DNA from: an uncultured Alphaproteobacteria bacterium
Lineage (GTDB): Bacteria > Pseudomonadota > Alphaproteobacteria > CBDUZE01
Length of the DNA: 64,000 nt
Reading direction: 5' to 3'
Assembly (NCBI GenBank): GCA_965371625.1
Contig: CBDUZE010000002.1
Span: 177,668-241,667, forward strand
Shown: positions 9,527-19,631 of the stretch, one piece after another
Layout of the letters: every line of letters begins with the position of its first letter
Numbering within the stretch: position 1 is the stretch's first letter
Notes under the pieces: generated by a model
Databases searched by the model: none
What the model was told of the DNA's origin: nothing
What the model saw: the letters and a program-made list of their open reading frames with translations, nothing else
Position numbers and translations under genes: made by a program

Positions 9527-10657
9527 TCAGACGCGCCCTTGGGACGGGCCCAATACCGGCTTCGCATTGCCACCGCGTCCGGGTGTCCCCGCTAGCCAGG
9601 ACGCATACACCTCGCGAGAGGTCAGGAAAGTGAAAATGAAAACGACGAGTACCAAGTACCCGGTCCGGTAGCGTATGGCCGAGCCTGGATTCATGATTCC
9701 CAAGGGATAAGTCGAAAACAAAATCCAAAACGTCGTGAAAAGCCCGAGAATGAAATTATAGACAGGAACTTCTGGCAAGCGCTTAAGAAGAAAAAAGAGA
9801 AACATCGCGACCAAAATCGTACTTTCGATGAAGGACGAGATCTGTAAGATGCCCGTTGCCGCTTCGCTTAAGGTGGGACCGAAGAAGCTCTGGAACATGC
9901 CATAAGGCGCCTTCCAGAATACGTCGTATTGCTCCGTCCAATAGGGTTCTCGGGTCATTCGCCCAAAACCTACATTGAAATGACGTATGACTTCAAAGGA
10001 AAGTGCATCGATTTTATCACGAAAGGTATAAAGCGGAACAAGAGAAACAATGCCCACAGCTAGGGCGACGAACGCCTTCTGGCGAACCCGATATGCGATC
10101 TTCGAAACACCGATCAAGAATATGAACGCGATCACATACGGCAGCTTGAATATTGCGAGTGCTGCAAACGCAACTATGTGCAAGACGCTCAACTTCTCTC
10201 GATTGTAGTACATGTCAACAACATAGGAGCAACTAACCCCCACCGCGAAGACAACGATTGCTTCCTTTCCGGGAATCGAAGACCACACAGAAAACGATGG
10301 GAATAGAAGAATAAGTGCTACTCTTTTTCTGAACTTGGGCTCCAACGACATTAAGAACTTGACCAGCCCCACGAAAGCAACCGCCTGAAAGAACATGAAG
10401 ATCAAAAGCTCATTGCCGAAGCTGAGTATCTTAAAGAGACGTCCAAGATTCTGCGCTATGACGATCGCTATACCGCGCGATCCCTGGAGCGGGTCCGCCC
10501 CGAGCTGGACCACGTCAATCGCGGTGAAATCGGCACTGATGATTCGCGCTACGTCGCCGAGGCCGGTCAGGCGCGAGACGACAAAGAAGGCTAACGCGGA
10601 GTACGCGCAGCGATAAATGAACAGGAACACGTAGAAAGTGGGCCAGCCTATTGCCAT
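9527..10657 (-). CDS. Wzy-like O-antigen/EPS polymerase (polytopic membrane protein)
   Basis: ATG 'MAIGWPTFYVFLFIY' at 10657. About 10 TM. Low GC (~45%) embedded in a 68% GC locus. Adjacent to wzz. Confidence 0.55.
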   Translation of the reverse strand: MAIGWPTFYVFLFIYRCAYSALAFFVVSRLTGLGDVARIISADFTAIDVVQLGADPLQGSRGIAIVIAQNLGRLFKILSFGNELLIFMFFQAVAFVGLVKFLMSLEPKFRKRVALILLFPSFSVWSSIPGKEAIVVFAVGVSCSYVVDMYYNREKLSVLHIVAFAALAIFKLPYVIAFIFLIGVSKIAYRVRQKAFVALAVGIVSLVPLYTFRDKIDALSFEVIRHFNVGFGRMTREPYWTEQYDVFWKAPYGMFQSFFGPTLSEAATGILQISSFIESTILVAMFLFFLLKRLPEVPVYNFILGLFTTFWILFSTYPLGIMNPGSAIRYRTGYLVLVVFIFTFLTSREVYASWLAGTPGRGGNAKPVLGPSQGRV

Positions 10658-10727
10658 TGCTCGAATTTCGGACGCCGGCAAGGTTAGAGCTACAGGCCGC
10701 GGACGCAGAGCCCCAGCATTGACGAGA

Positions 10728-11735
10728 TCACCCTTCTCGCCGAAACAGGGCGACCAAAAGGATAAGCACGACGGCCAAGCCGAGCACGATCGCCACCGGA
10801 ATTCCAACCGATGCCGTCACCGAGGGCGAGGTCGGGATGTCGGAAACGAAGGCCGGCTCGATGATGCGGCCGGCGTAAGGCAGGGTGCTCTGAAGCATCA
10901 TGGCGGTATGCTCCTCGTTGGTGAGGAGCCCGATGAGGACGTCGCGCGTCTCCAACATCGAGGCGCTTCGCAGCTGTTCCTGAAGATAGGCTCGCCGTTC
11001 CGCAGTGGTCGCGCGATCCTGCTGGCGCAACAGCTCGTCGGCCTCGGCGTACACCGTGGTCAGGAGCTCGTAGGCAAAGTCGGGATCGGTGTGGGCGAAC
11101 GAGATACGCCGGAACGGCTCGAGCTTGAGCGTCTTGATCTCGATCGACGATTTGAGATACCTGGCCAGCGATTCGACCGTGGGCTCCGACCAGGTGCCGA
11201 GATGAAAGAGCCCCCGGAGGCGTTGTTCCCATTCGAATCTCCTGCCCGTGGGCCGGATCCATTTCCCTTCCTCGGGCGCCCACGATGCTTCGTAGACCTT
11301 CTGGAGGTACCCGTACTTCTGCTGCAGCAAACGAGCCAGGGTAAGCGAGGAGATCACCAGCTCCAGACGGTCGAAGGTCGTCGCCTGCTGCCCGCCGAGG
11401 TCGAGTCCGAAGCTCCTCGCCACACCCTTGAGACGGCTCGTCTGGCCGCCGGACTGCCCGATCGCGCCGCCCTGGGAGGGCGCAACGATCATTGCCGCCT
11501 CGAACTGCGGCACGAAATTGCGCATGTCCCTGAGGCCGTAGAGGGCGCCCAGGAAAACCAGCAGAAGGAGCAGCCATTTGCCGCGCCACACCGACCCGAC
11601 GAGAACCCGCAGATCGATGAGCTCCTCGCTCACGGGTCCGGCGACGGCGGTCGGGGCCGGGACGACGCCGGGGCTGGCGACCCGCGGCGAGCCTTGGGCC
11701 TGGTAGTCGGCGGGCTCCGGAACCTGCTCTGCCAT
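10728..11735 (-). CDS. Wzz/chain-length determinant (PCP-1 polysaccharide co-polymerase)
   Basis: ATG 'MAEQVPEPADYQ' at 11735. N-terminal TM 'WLLLLLVFLGALYGL', a long periplasmic coiled region, and C-terminal TM 'GIPVAIVLGLAVVLILLVALF'. 336 aa, so no kinase domain. Confidence 0.7.
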   Translation of the reverse strand: MAEQVPEPADYQAQGSPRVASPGVVPAPTAVAGPVSEELIDLRVLVGSVWRGKWLLLLLVFLGALYGLRDMRNFVPQFEAAMIVAPSQGGAIGQSGGQTSRLKGVARSFGLDLGGQQATTFDRLELVISSLTLARLLQQKYGYLQKVYEASWAPEEGKWIRPTGRRFEWEQRLRGLFHLGTWSEPTVESLARYLKSSIEIKTLKLEPFRRISFAHTDPDFAYELLTTVYAEADELLRQQDRATTAERRAYLQEQLRSASMLETRDVLIGLLTNEEHTAMMLQSTLPYAGRIIEPAFVSDIPTSPSVTASVGIPVAIVLGLAVVLILLVALFRREG

Positions 11736-12091
11736 GCCTGTGATCGAGGTTACCTTGGCGACGACACGTGCACCCCGCGACAGCCACACCCGCTGCCCCC
11801 GCGGCCGGCCGAAGAAACCAGGGCCCTCGTGGGCAATCGCGGGATTGCACAGGATCGTCGCAACTTGCGGGAACATGCCTAGCATACCTGAAGCGGTTAT
11901 TGAACAGTCGTGCATTCGCCGCCCGCCCGCATCGAGCGCGGGAATGGCCGGACGCGGTGCCTGCGGCCGGGGCAGCGGGGCGCTGGCGCGCGAGGCGCTC
12001 GCTCCCGGTTCTCCGGCGGCTTGATCGAGCGGGCCCGGCGCATCCCGGCACCTTGACCAAGCCGAGAAGCGCCAGCACTCTGCCTTCCGCG

Positions 12092-13252
12092 ATGACCCCC
12101 ACCCCTCGGACCAAGATCTGTCACGTCATCACCGGGCTGCCGACGGGCGGCGCCCAGTCGATGCTCGCCAACCTGATCTCGGGCTGCGACCGGGAGGCCT
12201 TCGAGATGGAAGTGATCTCGCTCACCGAGATGGGCCCGGTGGGGGAGCGCCTGGCCCGAATGGGGATCGCCGTCGCCGCGCTGGCGATGAGCCGCACCCT
12301 CCCCAACCCGGCCGATCTCCTTCGCCTCGGGGTCTGGCTTCGCCGCCGCCGTCCCCATGTGGTGCAGACCTGGATGTACCACGCCGATCTCGTCGGCGGC
12401 CTGGCGACGCGGTTTGGTGATCTGGCACCGGTGCTGTGGAACATTCGCCACAGCACCCTGGACCCCGCGGGCACCAAGAAAATGACCCGGTGGACGGCGC
12501 GGGCCTGCGCGCGACTGTCGCGCCACCTGCCGAGCCGCATCGTCTGTTGCTCCGAGGCCTCGCGAACCACCCACGCGGCGCTCGGCTACGCGGCCGACAA
12601 GATGCTGGTGATCCCCAACGGCGTCGACCTGTCCAGGTTCCGACCCGACCCGGGAGCGGCGGCCTCCTTCCGCCGCGAGATCGGAGTGGCCGGCGCGACG
12701 CCCCTGGTCGGATTGATCGGCCGCTTCCATCCCCAGAAGGACCATCGCGGCTTCGTCGCCGCGGCGGCCCGACTCGGAGCGCGCTTTCCCGAGGCCAGGT
12801 TCGTCCTTTGCGGCGATGGCATCACTTGGGAGAACGGCGAGCTCGTAGGCTGGATCCGGGAGTCCGGGTCGGCCGACAGGTTCCTGCTTCTAGGGCCGCG
12901 CGACGACGTGGCGCGAGTCGCCGCGGCGCTCGACCTCGCGGTCTCGTCCTCGGCCTTCGGCGAGGGCTTCAGCAACGCCGTCGTCGAAGCGATGGCCTGC
13001 GGCGTGCCTTGCGTCGTCACCGACGTGGGCGACTCCGCCTTTATCGTCGCTGACACCGGTTGGGTGGTGCCGCCACGGGACGCTGAAGCGCTCGCCGCCA
13101 CCTGCGCCGAGGCCCTGGAGATGGCGCCCGAGCGCCGCCGGGAGCGGGGCTCGGCGGCGCTCAGGCGCGCGACCCGGCATTTCGACCTCCCCGGGATCGT
13201 CGAGCAATACCAGCGACTCTATCTGGAACAGGCGCGCCAACCGCCCACTTGA
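12092..13252 (+). CDS. Glycosyltransferase family 4
   Basis: ATG 'MTPTPRTKICHVITGLPTGGAQSM' at 12092. GT-B C-terminal 'SSAFGEGFSNAVVEAMACGVPCVVTDVGD'. Confidence 0.8.
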   Translation: MTPTPRTKICHVITGLPTGGAQSMLANLISGCDREAFEMEVISLTEMGPVGERLARMGIAVAALAMSRTLPNPADLLRLGVWLRRRRPHVVQTWMYHADLVGGLATRFGDLAPVLWNIRHSTLDPAGTKKMTRWTARACARLSRHLPSRIVCCSEASRTTHAALGYAADKMLVIPNGVDLSRFRPDPGAAASFRREIGVAGATPLVGLIGRFHPQKDHRGFVAAAARLGARFPEARFVLCGDGITWENGELVGWIRESGSADRFLLLGPRDDVARVAAALDLAVSSSAFGEGFSNAVVEAMACGVPCVVTDVGDSAFIVADTGWVVPPRDAEALAATCAEALEMAPERRRERGSAALRRATRHFDLPGIVEQYQRLYLEQARQPPT

Positions 13253-13311
13253 GCGCCATCCCCCCACCACCGGGCCGCGACCCTATCCGACCCCCAAGAT
13301 AGGCTCTGAGG

Positions 13312-16300
13312 TCAATCGAGGATTTTGCTCCAGTAGCGGGCGACCGACCTGAGGCTGCCCTCCTGGGTCAGGAAGTAAAGGCGGTCCGGCACCGAGACCA
13401 TCTGACCGCCGTCGCGCGTGAGCGGGCGGAAGCTGAACAGACCCTTCGCGCGACTCGAGCGCAGCAGCAACGTGTCGAAGGGTATGGTGATGAAAAAGCC
13501 CTTGTCGAAGCTGCCCTCCCCGAAGTCATCGAACGAGACATCGGTGAAGGTGGTCCAGGCGCCGACGCGCATGCCGCTGCGAAACTCGCGGGAAAGCGTC
13601 AGGGTGACGCCATGGTCGCCGGCCAGGTAACGACCGACCTGGACCATGCCGAGCAGGTTGTACCAGGGCATCTCGTAATAGAGGCTGAGATGGCCGGTGA
13701 TGACGTCGTAGCCCCGGAAGTCGAAAAGCTGGTCGAAGTCGCGCTGACGCACGTAATTGACGTCGAGACCGAGCGCCCACCGCGCCCCGAAGGGCCGGTA
13801 GAGCAGCTCCGCCCCGACGCCGCCGAACATCTCCTCGAAGATCCCCGCGCTGACGCGGGCGTACCACTCGGGCCGCGGCGAGAAGACATAGGACGCATGC
13901 ATATTGATGATGTTGTTCTTGCCTTCCTTCAAGTACCTCTGGATGTCGCTTCTCACCCGGGGAAGCTTGCTATCGGACGGGGTCCGCAACCGGTCGAAGT
14001 TGTCGACCATGTTGACGCCGAACCTGGCGGTGAGGCTCAGGCCCCTCATCACCTCCACGCGGCTCGAAAAGGAGGTGAAGAGCTGATAGAGATAGAACGA
14101 CTCCGGCCCGCCGATGTGCTGGCGCAGCGCCGGCCGGATGTCCCAGCTAAACGCGGGATAGCGGTCCGGGTTGAGCGAGGCGTCATCCGCGATCTCACCA
14201 TCGGCCGGCCCCAGGCTGGCGTTGCTCCAGATCTCCTCCGGGCTCCCATTACTGGCGAGCGCGGCCTCGAGATCCCGGCGCATGATCGTGACCCGACTGA
14301 GCTCCATGCCCCGGGCCATGGTGACGACGCCGATCTCCTCGACCGAGGCCGGGGCGTGGTTGGCGACGACGCGGGCGGCGCGGCCGATGTTGCGGGCGGC
14401 CTCGGAAAACCGGGTAGGGGTAATGTAAACGGTTACCCGTTGCTCGGTCACGTGCACGGCGTCGGTCTCGAGGCCCTCCTTGGCGAGATCCTCGATCAGC
14501 GCCGCGTTATCGATACCCTCCGGGGCCCGCTCCGAAGCCGTCGGGCCCGCCGCCGCGGCTTCCCCTTTCTCGGCGACCTGAAGATCGCCGCTCGCGGGGC
14601 CTGAGTCATCGGGCGAGGAGCGGCGGAGCGTCCAGCGCCGGACCTCCGCTCCGGCGTGCATGCCAACCACCGTGATCTCGTCCATCGGTTCGGGCACCGT
14701 GTTCGACACGATCTCGGCCGCGGTGCGGTAGTCGGCGTCGCCGGACATCCCCGGGGCGGAGATATAGACGGTCGTGGTGCGGTGGGAGATGTCGACCGAT
14801 TCGAGATCGAAGCCCTCGGCCTCGAGGCCGTCGAAAAGGCTGTCGGCGACGGCGCTGCGCTTCATCTCCTCGCGGCGCAAAACGACGCGCTCGCGTTCGA
14901 CCCCGGCGGCCACGGTGATGATCCTGACCTGCTTCACGGGCATCGGCAGCGTTCTCAGCACCAGCCGGGCGGCCCGGCGATCGGCGAGATGGCCGCCGCC
15001 GCTGGGCCCGCGCGAGACGTAAACCTTGGCCTCGGAGTGGGACAGGTCGAGCGATTCGACCTCGAAGCCCTGGGCCTCCAGGCCGTCGAAGAGATAGTCG
15101 ACGATGGCCATCTCCTCGACCTGACCGCGCTCGAAGGTGACGCTCTTGCGCTCGCCCTTGGCGACCTCCGCCACCAGCGTGATCCTCTCGACCGGGCTGG
15201 GAACCGCTTCGGCCACCAACTGCGCCGCCCTGGCCAGGGCCAGGGAATCGTCGTTGAGCGCGCCGCGCTCGAGATAGACCCGGGCCTCGACGTGGGAAAG
15301 CTCGACCGAGGCGACCTCGAAGCCCTCGAGCTCCAGTCCGTCGAACAAGCGGTCCACCGCCGCCTCCCGGTCGCCGGGGGAGGGCGCCGCGCCGAGGGGT
15401 CGGTCCGCCTCGGGCGCCGGTGCCGTGGTGGGTAGCGAAGGCGCCAGCACCTTAGCCAGCGCTTGGTCCGCTTCCGGAACCTCGGGCAGTGGCGCCGGTG
15501 ACTCGGCCTCGGAGCCGGGACGCGGCCCCACCGCCGGGGGCGGCCGATCGAAGGGCTTCGGCAACCCCGGCGCATTGAGGTCGGAACGCACCGCGAAGCG
15601 CAGCATCAGCGAGTTGCCGCGTTCAAGGCCGATCGAGGCGTCGAACCACCGGAACGGCCGATAGTTGAGGGCGAAGTTGATCGGCAGGTCGACGTCGAAC
15701 CGGTTGGCGAGGGGCTCGCTTTTGTAGTCGTTGCCGTCGAACTCGAGCTTGGCGGTGAGGCCCCTGATCGGGGTGCGGTATTCGACCCCAAAGAACGGTG
15801 AGACGCTCCTGCCGGCGAAATAATCGTCGAATGAGGGCCGCCCGCCGCGCCCGCTGTCGGAATCGCGGCGGTTGAAGAGGCCCGAGAAAACCCTCATCGG
15901 ATTGGGCCACAGCCCGCGGCTGCCGGCATTGCCCCAGGCGATGCCGAAACTGAAGTCGAAGTCGTAGTAGCGCTTGCTGGCGACGATGTACTCGCTGGAG
16001 AACAGCCCCGTCCCCAATCCATCCTGGATGCCCACGGCAAGGGCCGGAAAATACTGGCTCTCGCGCACGAGCCTGATCTTGATGTCGGCGCCGCGATCCT
16101 TGAGCGTCTGATCGCCGCTGAACGCGGCACTGGAAGAGAACAGGCGATTGCGGATGTCAGTGTACCGAAAAGTCGCCTCGAGCCAGGGTAGGGCGTGGAG
16201 GTTTATGAAGTAGCGGCGGTACTCATCGACCAGGGAGGCGCCCACGTCGAGCTGCCCGTCGGGGCCGAAACGGGCGGTGCGTGTCTGGAGCAGCCCGACG

Positions 16301-16461
16301 CCGCCGAAATCGCTGCTCGAGACATGGTCTTCCAAGGGCGCGGTGCTCGGCTGGCCGACCGCCGGCGGCCCCGTCAGCAGCGCCAGCAGGCCGGCGCAGG
16401 CCGCGACAGCCTTGGGATTCGCCGCCACGCGCTTGCGTCGCGAGCCACGAGCCCGTTTCAT
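13312..16461 (-). CDS. yjbH: YjbH/GfcD-family outer-membrane polysaccharide protein with four internal ~87-aa repeats
   Basis: ATG 'MKRARGSRRKRVAANPKAVAACAGLLALL' (signal peptide) at 16461. The N-terminal YjbH-type region and the C-terminal region ending '...RYWSKILD' match YjbH architecture. The central segment (aa ~378-745) is made of 4 repeats, 'D.LFDGLE..GF...SV..SH....VY'. Confidence 0.7.
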   Translation of the reverse strand: MKRARGSRRKRVAANPKAVAACAGLLALLTGPPAVGQPSTAPLEDHVSSSDFGGVGLLQTRTARFGPDGQLDVGASLVDEYRRYFINLHALPWLEATFRYTDIRNRLFSSSAAFSGDQTLKDRGADIKIRLVRESQYFPALAVGIQDGLGTGLFSSEYIVASKRYYDFDFSFGIAWGNAGSRGLWPNPMRVFSGLFNRRDSDSGRGGRPSFDDYFAGRSVSPFFGVEYRTPIRGLTAKLEFDGNDYKSEPLANRFDVDLPINFALNYRPFRWFDASIGLERGNSLMLRFAVRSDLNAPGLPKPFDRPPPAVGPRPGSEAESPAPLPEVPEADQALAKVLAPSLPTTAPAPEADRPLGAAPSPGDREAAVDRLFDGLELEGFEVASVELSHVEARVYLERGALNDDSLALARAAQLVAEAVPSPVERITLVAEVAKGERKSVTFERGQVEEMAIVDYLFDGLEAQGFEVESLDLSHSEAKVYVSRGPSGGGHLADRRAARLVLRTLPMPVKQVRIITVAAGVERERVVLRREEMKRSAVADSLFDGLEAEGFDLESVDISHRTTTVYISAPGMSGDADYRTAAEIVSNTVPEPMDEITVVGMHAGAEVRRWTLRRSSPDDSGPASGDLQVAEKGEAAAAGPTASERAPEGIDNAALIEDLAKEGLETDAVHVTEQRVTVYITPTRFSEAARNIGRAARVVANHAPASVEEIGVVTMARGMELSRVTIMRRDLEAALASNGSPEEIWSNASLGPADGEIADDASLNPDRYPAFSWDIRPALRQHIGGPESFYLYQLFTSFSSRVEVMRGLSLTARFGVNMVDNFDRLRTPSDSKLPRVRSDIQRYLKEGKNNIINMHASYVFSPRPEWYARVSAGIFEEMFGGVGAELLYRPFGARWALGLDVNYVRQRDFDQLFDFRGYDVITGHLSLYYEMPWYNLLGMVQVGRYLAGDHGVTLTLSREFRSGMRVGAWTTFTDVSFDDFGEGSFDKGFFITIPFDTLLLRSSRAKGLFSFRPLTRDGGQMVSVPDRLYFLTQEGSLRSVARYWSKILD

Positions 16462-16685
16462 CAATCCGATATGGTCGCGACGCTGGGCCATGTGGCCTCA
16501 AGCAAGGAGCGAGGAGCGCAGGCCTGGGCGGCCATCATAAGCGATGAGCGACGACGGCTTGGGAGCAAAAACGGTACCTCGATTAACCTTGCGCCGGGCG
16601 TCGGCAGTCACGTCACACCGGCTCGACGATGCAACCGGCATCGCCTTCGCCGCAGCACCTGCCATCCGCCGCCCTTCGGAAAGGT

Positions 16686-19631
16686 CTAATTGCTGCTTAA
16701 GACGGCGAGGGATGCCGCCGTTATGGCTACCTGGCTCACCAGCAGGGTCATGTCCTTGGCGAACTGCAACAGGTTGAGCGGCGCCGGGTCCTTCGGCACC
16801 ACGATCGAGCTCCCGGGCGGTATCTGCACGGGCGTGAAGTTCCAGGCGCTGACCGACACCGGCTGCGCCTCGCCGTTGGGATAGACCACGAAGACACGGC
16901 TTTCATCGGCGGAGCGCTGGAAGCTGCCGGCCTGCTGAATATAGTCTTGGGCGGTCTTGCCGGCGGCAAATTGCAACGCCCCCGGGTTGAGCACGTCGCC
17001 GGTCACCGAGACGAAGTTGGGGCGCTTGGGCATGAACAGCCTGTCGCCCGGCTCGAGCACCGTATCGAGATCGGGACGCACTTGCAGCACCGTGGGATCC
17101 GCCTCGATCACGACGCGGCCCAACGCCTCGACCGACTGCACCTGCTGCGACAGCTCCTGGAGCGCCAGTACGCCGCGCGGGTCCGCTCCCGACTGCGCCG
17201 CGACCACGGCAAGGGCCGAGTTGAGTTCGCGGGCGGCGCGATTGAAGCCCACCTGCTGGGCCTTCTTTACCCGTTCGCGGGTAAAAACCGCGCCATAGGG
17301 ATAGGCCTGCGCCGTCAGGCCGCCGGCCCGGGCGACGAGTTCGGAGAGGCGTTCGCCGCGGCGAATGTGATAGAGGCCGGGCCGCAGGAACTCGCCCGAA
17401 AGCAAGACCGGCCCATCGTCGCGGTCGCTGAAGATGGCGTTGACGCGGATGACGTCGCCGGGATTGATCGCGACCTGTTGGGTCTCGGCGGCGCCCATAT
17501 CGACGCGGCGGCGCGAGATCGCGGCCGAAGCCTGCCCCGGGTCGCTGGGAAACTGGGACAACTCCACCTGCGAGAGATCGGCCTCGCGGGTCAGGCCGCC
17601 GGCGACGGCGACCAAAGAGGAGAGCGGCGTGCCCGGCGTGATCGGATAGGCGCCCGGCCGCCGTATCTCGCCGTTCACCGCCACCACGTGCTCGAGCAGG
17701 AACGGCAACATATCGGGGAACTGGTCGTAAAGCGGGGGACACGGCAGGCGGTTGGTGAAGGCCAGTTCGCTCTCGACGTCGATGGCGCGGACGGCGTTGG
17801 AAAAGCGTCCCTTTCGGCTGCCGGAAACGATCGCGGCGACGACCCGCAGGCCCGCGCAGACCTCTGCCACCGGTTCTTTCTTCTCGTCGCTCTCGAGGAC
17901 GATGCCCTTCCGGATGCCGGCTTGACGGCCACCGGTGTCCAAGAGACCCTCCAACAGGTCGCGGCGATCGCCGCCCGCGGCGGTCTCCCGATCCGAGTCC
18001 TCGGAACGCTGGCGACGTGCCTCGGTCTCCGCCTGCCTGCCGACGATCGCTCGTTTGGCGCGCTCGAGCCCGGGAACCGGCCGTCCCAGCAGCACGTCCT
18101 GAACGTCGGTCGACGAGAGATAGCGGACGTCATCGGCGCTCAGCACGATCAGCCTGTCGCCGTCGCGCAGGGAGAAATCCTCCTGGTTGCTCAGGACGCG
18201 CTGCAGGTTGATGGGAAAGAGGCGCCGCGAGCGGGTCGACGGATCGGTGGTCTCGAGCACCGCGAACAGGAGATAGGGGTTGTCCCGCAGCCGGTCCGGA
18301 GACGCGACCAGCGCCCGCACCGTCGGAGAAGATGCCAGCGAGCGCCGCCCCGGGACCCCAACGTGCCCCACGAACTCGACCGACCCGAGCTGCACGTCCA
18401 CGCGGCGCTGAACGATGACGATGTCGCCATCTGATACCGGCACCGAGGGGTCTCGTCGCTCGCTGACCTGTTGACGCCCGGTCTGATCGAACGAGATGTG
18501 ATAGAACACGTTTCCGCGCGGCCGCAGCGCGCCGCCCGCGTACCCGAGCAGGTCGGCGATGGTGATCTCCGAGCGGCCCTCGGCGAACTCATAAATGCCC
18601 GGGCGCTTGGCGTCGCCCCCAATGGCAACCGTCGAGCTGATCGACGGTACGAAGATGCGATCGCCGTCAAAAAGACGCAGGCTTCGCCCCACGTTGCCCG
18701 AGATCAGCAGCTCGTAAAGGTCGATCCAGAATATCTCGTCACCGCGGTGGACCTGTATGAGGCGAAGGCTTCCGGTCTTCTTTACGCCACCGGCGAATCC
18801 GATGGCGTCGATTATCGTCGACAACCCGGTAAGCTGGTGCAGCCCGGGACTGCCAACCTCACCCACGACAATCACCGAAATCAGTCGCACCGAACCCACC
18901 GAGACGAAGACGTCGGTACCGAGCAGCGCCGTCGCCGTGCGCGCCTCGAGCTCGCGACGGAACTCGCCGAAGGTCCTTCCGGCGGCGGCAATGGGCGGCA
19001 TGTTGCCGAGCACCACCCGGCCCTCGCGATCCACCAGGACGGATTGGGTGCCGGTCTCCTGGCCGAGAAAGGTGATGATGAGCTCGTCGCTAATGCCGAG
19101 AATGTAGTCCTCCGAAATCGCCCCCGTGGTCAGCTCCTCGAGCTCGAACTCGCCATCGAAGAGCTCGTAACCGAACTGCAAGAGCGTTTCCTGGGCGCGG
19201 GTGCAGTAGTCCCGCTCGAGCCTGGAGAACTTCTTGAGGGTGCGGACCAGCCGTAGGTTTTCCTCGCTGATCTCACCGCGGCAGAAGTCCTCGACCAGCA
19301 TCAGCTCGATCTCGGTGAAGCTGTTGCGCAGTTCCGGAGCGAAACCCAGGATCGATGATTCCCGGCGCGGCCGTTCTCGCCGCTCGATCCCGGGTCGGCT
19401 GCCGGCGCGGCGCGCGCGCTCGAGCTCGTTGGTGGCGCCACCCAAGATGGAGCCCCTGCCCCGCCCGCCCCCCTGCTGCAGCGTGTCGAGCTGCTGGAGG
19501 AAGTCGAGCAGCCCGCTGCCTGCTTGTTGCGCTTGCACGCGGTGGGCCGCCGCGTATGTCGACAACCCGACGACAAGGGCGCAAAATATGACCGCTGGCC
19601 TCGCCCACCGCTGTCTACCTGTCCGTCTCAT
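16686..19631 (-). CDS. Polysaccharide export protein, Wza/KpsD-like with Poly_export domain plus about 5 SLBB domains (981 aa)
   Basis: ATG 'MRRTGRQRWARPAVIFCALVVGLSTYAAAH' carries a signal peptide with no lipobox Cys. 'YILGISDELIITFLGQE...VLVDREGRVVLGNMPPIAAAGRTFGEFRREL' matches the Poly_export/PES motif. It is followed by repeated SLBB-like 'PGxY.l..g..l.dai..AGG' units and a C-terminal amphipathic helix. The track start at 19637 is a TTG. Confidence 0.75.
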   Translation of the reverse strand: MRRTGRQRWARPAVIFCALVVGLSTYAAAHRVQAQQAGSGLLDFLQQLDTLQQGGGRGRGSILGGATNELERARRAGSRPGIERRERPRRESSILGFAPELRNSFTEIELMLVEDFCRGEISEENLRLVRTLKKFSRLERDYCTRAQETLLQFGYELFDGEFELEELTTGAISEDYILGISDELIITFLGQETGTQSVLVDREGRVVLGNMPPIAAAGRTFGEFRRELEARTATALLGTDVFVSVGSVRLISVIVVGEVGSPGLHQLTGLSTIIDAIGFAGGVKKTGSLRLIQVHRGDEIFWIDLYELLISGNVGRSLRLFDGDRIFVPSISSTVAIGGDAKRPGIYEFAEGRSEITIADLLGYAGGALRPRGNVFYHISFDQTGRQQVSERRDPSVPVSDGDIVIVQRRVDVQLGSVEFVGHVGVPGRRSLASSPTVRALVASPDRLRDNPYLLFAVLETTDPSTRSRRLFPINLQRVLSNQEDFSLRDGDRLIVLSADDVRYLSSTDVQDVLLGRPVPGLERAKRAIVGRQAETEARRQRSEDSDRETAAGGDRRDLLEGLLDTGGRQAGIRKGIVLESDEKKEPVAEVCAGLRVVAAIVSGSRKGRFSNAVRAIDVESELAFTNRLPCPPLYDQFPDMLPFLLEHVVAVNGEIRRPGAYPITPGTPLSSLVAVAGGLTREADLSQVELSQFPSDPGQASAAISRRRVDMGAAETQQVAINPGDVIRVNAIFSDRDDGPVLLSGEFLRPGLYHIRRGERLSELVARAGGLTAQAYPYGAVFTRERVKKAQQVGFNRAARELNSALAVVAAQSGADPRGVLALQELSQQVQSVEALGRVVIEADPTVLQVRPDLDTVLEPGDRLFMPKRPNFVSVTGDVLNPGALQFAAGKTAQDYIQQAGSFQRSADESRVFVVYPNGEAQPVSVSAWNFTPVQIPPGSSIVVPKDPAPLNLLQFAKDMTLLVSQVAITAASLAVLSSN

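Noticed and set aside
11736-12091. 358-bp divergent wzz / GT4 intergenic region with partial inverted repeat (ttgcac...gtcgcaa) as a specific regulator site.
   Set aside because: The palindrome is imperfect and there is no match to a known motif. Likely just divergent promoters.
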